From contig JACPMU010000044.1 of NCBI GenBank assembly GCA_016185865.1, positions 1 through 33,947 on the forward strand: DNA of 33,947 nucleotides. The letters are read 5' to 3'. Shown in pieces: positions 1-7,286 of this stretch (positions are counted from its first letter, which is position 1; the number at the start of each line of letters is the position of its first letter). The notes beneath the pieces are model-generated. The model searched no databases. It had not been told where the DNA came from and saw only the letters and a program-made list of their open reading frames with translations. Origin of the DNA: Candidatus Woesearchaeota archaeon (lineage in GTDB: Archaea; Nanobdellota; Nanobdellia; Woesearchaeales; GW2011-AR4). The translations under genes were made by a program, and so were the position numbers.

Positions 1-878
1 AATGTGTCATTTGCAATTATCCTGAAGCTTACATTCCTGCCTTCGAAGCTATTATGCCCTTTGGGTATTGGGAATGAAAAGTTTGTCCAGCCTCCGTTAC
101 CTTGCCCTCCGGTTCCGTTTACAGCTGTTATATTCAAAGTTTGCCAAGCGCCAGCGCCATCACTAGCTGATTGATTAAAAAACTGCAACAAGCCATATCT
201 TGCAGCAGTAAGGTTATCGGTCCAGTTTGCTGTACCAAATAATCTTCCGGTGTTTGCATTTCCTTGGGCTCTTGAAATTCCGTCGGTTGCTCCCAATTCG
301 TACCCATCGCCTCCTGCATCACCTGATAGATTGATACGGCTTGTGTTGGTAAAGTTGTAATAAACAAATACTGGAGGCAACTGGTCAACTCTAATTGTTA
401 TTGAGCCAAATGTTGCATTAACTGGATTGCTGTTGTTGCTTGCGTCTCTTGCAGTGACATTAACCACATATGTGCCATTTGAAAATGCAAATGTGACATT
501 ACATGATACAGAGGTTGTATTTTCAGGGCTCACTGAATCAGAACTTGTGCATGTTAAGCTTGTTGAGGCACTATTTGTATAATTAATCAGTGTCTTTAGA
601 AGCGCTGATTCATAGATACTAACGTTAATCGAGGCATTAAGGCTCAAATTAAGCCCTGTTGAATTTATGTCATCCAAGGTGAAGCTTATGCTATTCGACG
701 CTGTTGTAGTATTAAAATTATTGGATAAAGGCGAATTGTATGTCACATTTATCAGTGAGCGGTCAGCTCCTCCTAATCCTCCTGAGAAATGGTCAACAAA
801 TAGATATGTATAGCCTGCCTTCAAGGCTGCTGTGTTTATTGTTCCTGATGCCGTTACAGTACATCTTCTTTGTATATC
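1..878 (-). CDS. Partial ORF running off the left edge: N-X-S/T-rich extracellular protein segment. Probably the C-terminal continuation of 793..2133 in a different frame.
   Basis: Hand translation of the minus strand. The frame with codon starts at 878, 875, ... is stop-free from 878 to the window edge (about 292 codons). It has no ATG and reads DIQRRCTVTASGTINTAALKAGYTYLFVDHFSGGLGGADRSLINVTYN.... About 24 N-X-S/T sequons by hand count. It is absent from the supplied track because it has no stop inside the window. Confidence 0.6.
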
Positions 879-2133
879 CTATGCCGCCCAACTGCAATAT
901 TCCGTACAGGTAAGACACCTCGCTTGGTATAAAGCTTGCAATATCCGCCCATGCCATCTGCGCGCTAAATCCTGTTCCTAATTGCTGCCTGACTTCTCTA
1001 GTTGGCGTGTTATTAACTTTTGAGTTGCTTGCATTTTCAAATTGGCTTGCATCAATGCTGCCGGCAACAATATGCACTATAATATCATTGGAAATATTGA
1101 TAATGAAAGTGAAATTCTTATGAGTCAGTCCATCAACTGTTACCCCATTTATAGGATTCATAAATGTGTCTTGCGGTATCTCTGAGCCGTTGCCAAGGGT
1201 TATGTTTAAGCCACCAAATGCTACCCCAAGAGTATCCCCATCAGCACTTTTTTGCTGCATTGTGGTAAATATAAGCTCCATCTGGGTTATATTCATGCCC
1301 ATTATAATGAAATCGCTGCGATTAGTGCAGGTTTTTCTTCCTATAGAGTCATTTGCGCAGAAGAATACGCTATGGGGGCCTGGGCTTGTGAAGCTGCTGT
1401 TAAAGTTCATTATACCGGACAAATTGAAGTAATATTGTCTTTGGCCTGGGTTATATATCGTCCCTGCTGTCATTGAACGGTTTACGCTTTCATTTTTTCC
1501 ACTAGCAGGAGCCTGGGGAGTTATAGAGGCATTATCGTTCAGTATCATCCATACAGTGACTGTTGTATTATCAGAGACATTAACGTATAAAGTGGCTGTT
1601 TCATAAGAGGTTATGTTGTAGGATGTAGCATCAGCCAATACTCCTCCTTTTGGGCTGTCCAAAGTCAACGCTGGTGCAATAGTATCAATAATTAATGTCC
1701 TGTTTGTTGTAAAGTTAAGTGCGCCAGCTGGAGCTGAAGTGTTTTGGCATCCAACAGCCCAAGTAAAATTGCCGTCTGAATCAAAAGTCAAGTTTAGGAC
1801 ACTTGATGTTGACGATGAATTATAGACAGCGCCTTGCGTATTATTTGTCCCGTTTTTTATAGCTTCTGCCCATACTCCTGTTATGTTTGTCCAAATACTG
1901 CAATTACCTTGAGTATTCTCACCCCCACCAATCCAAATAACTGTAAATGTAAAGTTAATTGTTCTTGTGCCATTAACCACTCCAGTCAAAGGAGCTTGTT
2001 GGGTTATTGTTACTGCATTTACAAAAAGCAGGCTTAAAACAAAAATCAAAACTATGGAGAACAGCAGTGCTAAGTTTACCTTGCCTTCTTGAGAATTAAA
2101 ATGAATAGCATCCTCTTTTTTACTCATCATCAC
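793..2133 (-). CDS. Secreted or membrane-anchored surface protein, extremely rich in N-glycosylation sequons (N-terminal part).
   Basis: 446-aa ORF. N-terminal hydrophobic segment (LALLFSIVLIFVLSLLFVNAV). About 29 N-X-S/T sequons by hand count. SD-like GAGGAGTG lies just upstream of ATGATGATG (2131..2133 region). No enzyme motifs. Confidence 0.8.
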   Translation of the reverse strand: MMMSKKEDAIHFNSQEGKVNLALLFSIVLIFVLSLLFVNAVTITQQAPLTGVVNGTRTINFTFTVIWIGGGENTQGNCSIWTNITGVWAEAIKNGTNNTQGAVYNSSSTSSVLNLTFDSDGNFTWAVGCQNTSAPAGALNFTTNRTLIIDTIAPALTLDSPKGGVLADATSYNITSYETATLYVNVSDNTTVTVWMILNDNASITPQAPASGKNESVNRSMTAGTIYNPGQRQYYFNLSGIMNFNSSFTSPGPHSVFFCANDSIGRKTCTNRSDFIIMGMNITQMELIFTTMQQKSADGDTLGVAFGGLNITLGNGSEIPQDTFMNPINGVTVDGLTHKNFTFIINISNDIIVHIVAGSIDASQFENASNSKVNNTPTREVRQQLGTGFSAQMAWADIASFIPSEVSYLYGILQLGGIGYTKKMYCNGIRNNKHSSLEGRLYISIC

Positions 2134-2372
2134 TCCTCTTTATGTGGCAAAATAATAAAGGTTATGAGTTTGGCAGCATATATTTAAACCTTTTGATTTA
2201 GGATATATGCTTTATATATAAAAGTTTTGGCTTATTTCAAAATTTAAAACACCAAGCCCCCTTTGAATTTCCAAAAATCAGATAATATTTAAACTTTTCG
2301 TTATATTGTATATACTGCAATGCATATGTTTAACAAAATATTTTTATAAGCATGCTTTTATCAAATTTTAAG

Positions 2373-2717
2373 ATGCTGGTCAGGAATGCAACAAAAAAAA
2401 GGGTAATCGCCGATAATGCCAGGCTCTGCAATGATATTTTTTCAAAATTTATAGGTTTGATGTTGTCAAAAAAGCACAGCAAAACGCTGATTTTCAAGTT
2501 CAATGAGGAAAAAACAATTTCACTGCACATGTTTTTCGTTTTTTATCCCATAGATGTCTTGTTTCTCGGCAAAAACAAGATTGTTGTGGATAAAAAAGAA
2601 AATTTCAAGCCATTCAGATTCTATAAATCAAAAAGAAAAGCAATGTACGCAATTGAACTTCCTAATGGAACAATTAAAAAAACAAAGACAAGTAAAGGCG
2701 ATAATATCAAGTTTTGA
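2373..2717 (+). CDS. DUF192-family small protein.
   Basis: Pattern A.....R..GLM....... then F.F......HM....P(I/L)D(V/I)(L/I)F, then AxxxxELP.G, as expected for DUF192. The track ORF starts at 2352. ATG 2373 sits about 27 nt downstream of a TTTTTATAA box (2341..2349), so I prefer it. Confidence 0.65.
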   Translation: MLVRNATKKRVIADNARLCNDIFSKFIGLMLSKKHSKTLIFKFNEEKTISLHMFFVFYPIDVLFLGKNKIVVDKKENFKPFRFYKSKRKAMYAIELPNGTIKKTKTSKGDNIKF

Positions 2718-3042
2718 TTTTTATTTTTTTGATAAGAATGGATATTAAACATGCCAACAGGTATATAAAAATCAAATCTAAAAGGAATGTGAGTGGATTA
2801 AGCAAAAAATTATCAATTTTGGCAAAATATTTGTCGAGAAACAATGTTTGGATGTGCGCAGCACCATCAGTATTTCCGGTTATAAAATAAGACAAAGGGA
2901 ATCCGTAGGCATTATAGCAAACAGCGAAAAATAAGCTCACTGCGCAAACATCTTCTTTTGCAAAATAAAGGAAAAAAACTGCAAGAAACAGGAATATAGC
3001 TATTTTCAAAGAAGTGGGCTTTAACAGATTTTTCAAATTCAT
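2707..3042 (-). CDS. Small hypothetical membrane protein.
   Basis: The track ORF (2707..3096) starts at TTG. The first ATG (3042) lies about 27 nt downstream of a TTTAAA box on the minus strand (around 3063..3075). Three hydrophobic segments. No recognisable family. Confidence 0.45.
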   Translation of the reverse strand: MNLKNLLKPTSLKIAIFLFLAVFFLYFAKEDVCAVSLFFAVCYNAYGFPLSYFITGNTDGAAHIQTLFLDKYFAKIDNFLLNPLTFLLDLIFIYLLACLISILIKKIKIKT

Positions 3043-3098
3043 AAAAACAGAAATGTAAAAGACATATTTAAAATTATTGAATTTTAAAAACAACAATC

Positions 3099-3106
3099 TT
3101 TAAATA
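3099..3106 (+). promoter_or_regulatory. TATA box (TTTAAATA) for the tRNA gene.
   Basis: Archaeal consensus-like TTTAAATA centred about 27 nt upstream of the first tRNA nucleotide (3131). Confidence 0.5.
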
Positions 3107-3130
3107 ACGAGAAAAAATTCTAATTCTGAT

Positions 3131-3274
3131 GGGGGTGTAGTATAATGGATTACAAAAATCCGTACATCCTGGCTAGTATAGACGGCTCCAGTCGTTTGGA
3201 GCTTTGAGGAATATCCCAATGAAAGAAAAAACGGGCTATACCGTCAGATCGGCGTTCAAATCGCCGCACCCCCA
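3131..3274 (+). tRNA. tRNA, most likely tRNA-Trp(CCA), 144 nt, with two putative introns.
   Basis: Acceptor GGGGGTG (3131..3137) pairs with CACCCCC (3267..3273), then A73. D arm GTAT-AATGGA-TTAC. T arm CGGCG-TTCAAAT-CGCCG (3250..3266). Anticodon stem GACGG (3181..3185) pairs with CCGTC (3241..3245), with loop CTCCAG|...|A. The extra segments are 3155..3180 (26 nt, between positions 26 and 27) and 3192..3239 (48 nt, canonical 37/38 site). An oligo-T tract follows the 3' end. Confidence 0.75.
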
Positions 3275-3275
3275 T

Positions 3276-4247
3276 TTATTTTTTCCTTTTCGGCCTGTCT
3301 ATGCTTTTCAGCAATCCAAACATCGGCTTGTAGAACTCAATCAAGAAAATTATAAATAAAGAGATTAAAATCCCGCTTATGAGATAAAATTTGTAAAAAA
3401 CAAAAAATGATTTTACTTCATTCCAAAATTTATTTTCCTTCAAAACTATATCAATGTTTTTTAAATAAACGGCATCTTCAGCTAAAACACCGGCTTTATA
3501 GCAGTCGTATTTAGGCACAACCTCTATGCTTAGCCTTTTTTCTTCCTTTATTGACGGCAGATTTTTTATTGCGGCATTTACAATGACATTAAAAATGCCT
3601 TTTGCATTTGCAGGCACATCTGCATTCAGGCTGAAGTTTTGATGGTTATTTGCAGCAACAGACATAATATTTTTGTCCAAGCTTATCCAGTTTGGGCCCT
3701 TTATTCTTAATTCAACGCTAATCTCCTGCTCACCGGAATTTGTTATTTCTCCGCTATACTGCTTTTTTATGCCGCCGCAAGCCTTGTCTCTTTCTTTTTC
3801 AAGCTCCAAACTCAAAGAATAGCATCTGTTTACATTAATATTGAGGAGCAGATTTTGCCTGATGCCTTCAGAAGAGAATGCGCTTGCATCAATATAGTAA
3901 CTGCCTTTTGCATTTGCATAAGGACTTAATTCAAGAAAAACAATCCCGCTTTGATTTTTTGGCAATGAAAATTCCTTAAGATTAAAACTCAGCCAGCCAA
4001 CGCCAGATGCGCTTAAGGAATATTTATCGTCACTGCTTGCATTATTCACAACCATGATTGGTATTGTTTTTTTCTCATTTTCACAGATGTCATAAGTCCC
4101 ATTGTAGGATTCAAATTCTATTTTTTGCTCTCCATCTTTTATTTCATAAAACCTGCCGGAGAACAGCGCAAAATCCTTGGCATAAGCAAAGCTGATAAGG
4201 CATAAAAATATGGCAAAAACCGCTAAAATTTTTTTTGTTTTGTCCAT
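3276..4247 (-). CDS. Surface protein with N-terminal signal and C-terminal TM anchor; beta-sandwich (CARDB/NEW3-like) repeats.
   Basis: 323 aa. Signal-like ILAVFAIFLCLISFAYA. C-terminal hydrophobic helix followed by a basic tail (RPKRKK). Its internal pattern resembles the C-terminal half of the neighbouring 563-aa protein. Confidence 0.7.
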   Translation of the reverse strand: MDKTKKILAVFAIFLCLISFAYAKDFALFSGRFYEIKDGEQKIEFESYNGTYDICENEKKTIPIMVVNNASSDDKYSLSASGVGWLSFNLKEFSLPKNQSGIVFLELSPYANAKGSYYIDASAFSSEGIRQNLLLNINVNRCYSLSLELEKERDKACGGIKKQYSGEITNSGEQEISVELRIKGPNWISLDKNIMSVAANNHQNFSLNADVPANAKGIFNVIVNAAIKNLPSIKEEKRLSIEVVPKYDCYKAGVLAEDAVYLKNIDIVLKENKFWNEVKSFFVFYKFYLISGILISLFIIFLIEFYKPMFGLLKSIDRPKRKK

Positions 4248-4299
4248 GTGAATAGTTCCCCTAGGATGAACTAAACTAGATAAAAAAGAACAAGTAGAA

Positions 4300-5991
4300 T
4301 CAGTAATAATAAGGTTCGCTTTCTACAGTTGCGATTTCCTTGTCACTTGCTTCTTCGCTGCCATTGCTCTCCATGTATTTCTTGACTCCGAAAAACAAGC
4401 CTATTGCAGCAAGGAAAATGACAGTTAATATCAATACCACTTCCAAAGCGTCCTTTAGCTTTGCAGCCAGAAGCCCTTTTGCAGCAACAACGTTCCCCTT
4501 TAGGGGAATCTGCTTCAAAACCCCGTCATTGGTTTTTATTGTGACTAAAAATATCTGCTCGCCAGCTGCATCCGCATTTGTCGAGGCAAAAATATTCATT
4601 GTCTTTGACTCTTTTGGCTTCAATATAAATGTATTTGACTCGCTTAATCTTAAATCAGCCCAGCTAGCGCCGTCCATCAATAGCGTGTACGCATTTGCAT
4701 CAGGCCCTTCATTTGTAAGTGTGATTGGATAGATAACTTCGCTGCCGTCGTTATAGATATCCTGCTTTATTACCGGAATGTTGATGACAAGCTTGTCATT
4801 GACTATCTGCAGGCTCTGCTCATCTTTGCCAAGAACAAAAACAGGCATTTCCTTGACTTCGCTGTCGCCTCCAAACTGCGAAACAATTTCCGACCTCAAA
4901 GTATATGTTCCTGTCGGCGTGCTGTCCAAAATTTTCAGCACGAAGTCCTCGCTTACTTCTGAAAGCCCGCTGTTTTTTATTCTGTCAGCAAATTTTGTTG
5001 ATGATATTCCAAGCTCCGGAATGCTTACTTTCGCATTTATGCCCTCAAGAGGAACAACTCCGCTGTTTTTGAAGCTTAGCCTTGCAATGAGATTTTTGCC
5101 TGCTTCTCCATTCTCTGGCATTAATTCAACGCTGCTTATTACAAACGGGAACTTCTTCTGGCTTATCTTTAATCCATATAATTTTTCCTCTGAATCGCCT
5201 TCAGCATCAGTGACCTTCACCTTGAGCCTGAAGCTGTTCTGCTCAAATTTGCTGATTAAAGGCAGCTCAAGATCCTTTACTGCATTTTCCCCGTCTGCAA
5301 TGTCAAATGTCAAGGTTGCGTCTGCAACAACATCGCCGTTTTCAAAAGCAAGCACAGCATCAACATGCGCATCTTCAATATCCGAAAGCGATGTAAGCCT
5401 GACTTTCAAATCAAGCTCCCTTTCACCCTTGTCAATGATTACAAAATTATTTTCATTCTCTGCAAGCGCATTGCCTTCCAGCTGCACGCTGTCTATTGAA
5501 ACATCAAGCTGCTCTGCGCCTCTTGCGCCAGCGCCTCCGCCTCCTGCGCCTGTAAACTTTATTCCATAGGATTTCTGCTCTATTCCACCCTCAACATCAA
5601 CAATCCTTATTTCAAGCCTGAAGTCTTTTTGCCTTTTAAGAAAATCAATTAGCTTGAGGTTCAAAGCCACCAGAGTGCTCTGGTTTGTCCTCAATGTAAA
5701 AGTGCCTGTTGAGTCAGCCACTGTGTTGCCTGTGGTTAAGTCAGTCAAAATGGCTTCAACATGCATATTGCTTATGTCCTCTGTAGCAGTCAGGCTTGCC
5801 TGGATGTCAATCTCGTCCTCATCCTCAATAAAGTTTGTCCTGCCTTCAGCAAGGGACTTGCCGTTTGCCTTTACCCTGTCTATAGAAACATCTGATGCAT
5901 CTCCAAAAACATCTGCGGCAATGGCAACAGAGCTGAATAAACCTATTAATACAAGCAAAAAGGCTCCCAAAACAATGATTTTCTTGTTCAT
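4300..5991 (-). CDS. Surface (S-layer-like) protein with a tandemly duplicated domain, CARDB-like domain and C-terminal TM anchor.
   Basis: 563 aa. Signal peptide ...SSVAIAADV. Two 113-aa homologous domains (aa 34-146 and 163-275) joined by a Gly-rich linker GAGGGGAGARG. C-terminal TM helix and acidic tail. SD-like GGGGGT upstream. Confidence 0.8.
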   Translation of the reverse strand: MNKKIIVLGAFLLVLIGLFSSVAIAADVFGDASDVSIDRVKANGKSLAEGRTNFIEDEDEIDIQASLTATEDISNMHVEAILTDLTTGNTVADSTGTFTLRTNQSTLVALNLKLIDFLKRQKDFRLEIRIVDVEGGIEQKSYGIKFTGAGGGGAGARGAEQLDVSIDSVQLEGNALAENENNFVIIDKGERELDLKVRLTSLSDIEDAHVDAVLAFENGDVVADATLTFDIADGENAVKDLELPLISKFEQNSFRLKVKVTDAEGDSEEKLYGLKISQKKFPFVISSVELMPENGEAGKNLIARLSFKNSGVVPLEGINAKVSIPELGISSTKFADRIKNSGLSEVSEDFVLKILDSTPTGTYTLRSEIVSQFGGDSEVKEMPVFVLGKDEQSLQIVNDKLVINIPVIKQDIYNDGSEVIYPITLTNEGPDANAYTLLMDGASWADLRLSESNTFILKPKESKTMNIFASTNADAAGEQIFLVTIKTNDGVLKQIPLKGNVVAAKGLLAAKLKDALEVVLILTVIFLAAIGLFFGVKKYMESNGSEEASDKEIATVESEPYYY

Positions 5992-6102
5992 TAATAACCC
6001 CCAAATTACCTAAGCAGATGGGAGTACATACCCCTTTTTAAAGTTTTCGTTATTGAGGAGTAGGTACAAAATCAGCTATATTTAAGCGTAGCTGGCATTA
6101 GC

Positions 6103-6111
6103 TATTTAAAC
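6103..6111 (+). promoter_or_regulatory. TATA box for 6133..7224.
   Basis: TATTTAAAC centred about 26 nt upstream of ATG 6133, implying a leaderless or near-leaderless mRNA. Confidence 0.45.
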
Positions 6112-6132
6112 CATAAATAATCCCCAAAATCC

Positions 6133-7224
6133 ATGATAACCATAGTCGGGGCTGGCCCTGCAGGCTCTTATCTCGCGTATTTATTGGCAAAGCAGGGCAA
6201 AGAAGTTATAATTCTTGAAGAGCACAGCCAGGTTGGGGCGCCTGTCCAATGCACTGGCATTGTCACCCATTCAATTGAGAAGTTCTTCAGGCTAAAGAAT
6301 GAAGTCATAGCAAAGAGGCTTGACAAGGTTGTTGTTGTCAGCAAGAATAACAGGATAACGGTCAATGTTGATGAGATTGTGATGTGGCGCGATAAATTTG
6401 ACAGGTTTGTGGCTGAAATGGCACAGGAGGCAGGGGCTGAAATATCATTAAACCACAAGTTTATCGGATTTGAGGGAAAAAACATAATAATCATTAAAGA
6501 TAAAAAAAACAACAAGACAAAAAAAATAAAAACAGATGCTGTTGTTGGAGCTGACGGCCCTTACTCTGCTGTTGCAAACGCAGCCAGCATGAATTCGCAT
6601 CCAAAAAACTACATAGGAATGCAGGCAAAGGTAAGGCTTGCAATTGACACAACAGCGTTTGAAACTCATTTTGGAAGTGATTTTCCGGATTTTTTCGGCT
6701 GGTGTGTTCCAGAATCTGATGATATAGTAAGGCTTGGCATCGGCTGCTTTGAAAATGCCCAGGAGCATTTCTACAGGTTCTTAAAAAGCAGAACCGGAAA
6801 AAAGGATGTTTTATGCTGGGAATCTGGATTGATACCGTTATACAGCCCGAAAAAAATCATACAAAAAGGCAATGTCTATCTGATCGGGGATGCTGCTTCC
6901 CAAGTCAAGGCAACAACAGGAGGGGGGATAATTCCCTCTCTTAAGGCAGCGCATACATTGTGCGACTGCATCAACAACAATAAAGACTACAACAGAGAAT
7001 TCAAAAAGCAGTCTGGAAAGGAGCTTCTTTTGCATCTTAGAATAAGAAACATTTTAAACAAGTTCTCTGACAATGATTATGACAAGCTGCTTAATCTGAT
7101 GAGCCAGGAAAAGGTAAGGAAAATACTGAAAAAATATGACAGAGACACTCCAATACCCCTGGTTGCCAATCTGTTATTTAAAGAGCCAAGATTCCTGTTG
7201 TTTTCAAAAATGATTTTTGCCTGA
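6133..7224 (+). CDS. Geranylgeranyl reductase family FAD-dependent oxidoreductase.
   Basis: N-terminal dinucleotide fold IVGAGPAGSYLAYLLAKQGKEVIILEE. Downstream GADGPYSAV and the motif GDAASQVKATTGGGI, typical of GGR-family enzymes. 363 aa. Confidence 0.8.
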   Translation: MITIVGAGPAGSYLAYLLAKQGKEVIILEEHSQVGAPVQCTGIVTHSIEKFFRLKNEVIAKRLDKVVVVSKNNRITVNVDEIVMWRDKFDRFVAEMAQEAGAEISLNHKFIGFEGKNIIIIKDKKNNKTKKIKTDAVVGADGPYSAVANAASMNSHPKNYIGMQAKVRLAIDTTAFETHFGSDFPDFFGWCVPESDDIVRLGIGCFENAQEHFYRFLKSRTGKKDVLCWESGLIPLYSPKKIIQKGNVYLIGDAASQVKATTGGGIIPSLKAAHTLCDCINNNKDYNREFKKQSGKELLLHLRIRNILNKFSDNDYDKLLNLMSQEKVRKILKKYDRDTPIPLVANLLFKEPRFLLFSKMIFA

Positions 7225-7286
7225 TTTTTGTGTAACAAAAGCTTTTTAAAACACGCTCTTTACCTTGTTAGAGGTGGTCACAACTT

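Noticed and set aside
134-388. 84-aa minus-strand ORF from the track.
   Set aside because: It lies out of frame inside the long stop-free frame (1..878) that has coherent surface-protein composition. Its own translation shows no recognisable features. Treated as a spurious overlapping ORF.
3192-3239. Possible box C/D guide RNA inside the tRNA-Trp intron, as in some euryarchaeal pre-tRNA-Trp genes.
   Set aside because: The intron does contain TGGAGC, complementary to the anticodon region. A UUGA at 3204..3207 would place C34 at the N+5 position. However, I find no RUGAUGA box C and no CUGA box D, and 48 nt is too short for a full C/D-C'/D' unit. The complementarity is more simply explained by pre-tRNA intron-anticodon pairing.
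4340-6013. Plus-strand ORFs 4340..4732, 4778..5569 (263 aa) and 5654..6013, antisense to the 563-aa surface protein gene.
   Set aside because: Their translations are low-complexity and Ser/Leu/Phe/Pro-rich, as is typical of the reverse frame of a Glu/Asp/Lys/Gly-rich gene. They have no start context or promoter. The minus-strand gene has a signal peptide, domain repeats and an SD.
6072-6096. Inverted repeat CAGCTA-N10-TAGCTG around a TATATTTAAG sequence in the 5992..6132 divergent region.
   Set aside because: It is a short 6-bp stem in AT-rich promoter DNA, with a near-duplicate AGCTATTTAAAC that is simply the neighbouring TATA box. This is not enough to call a regulatory site.
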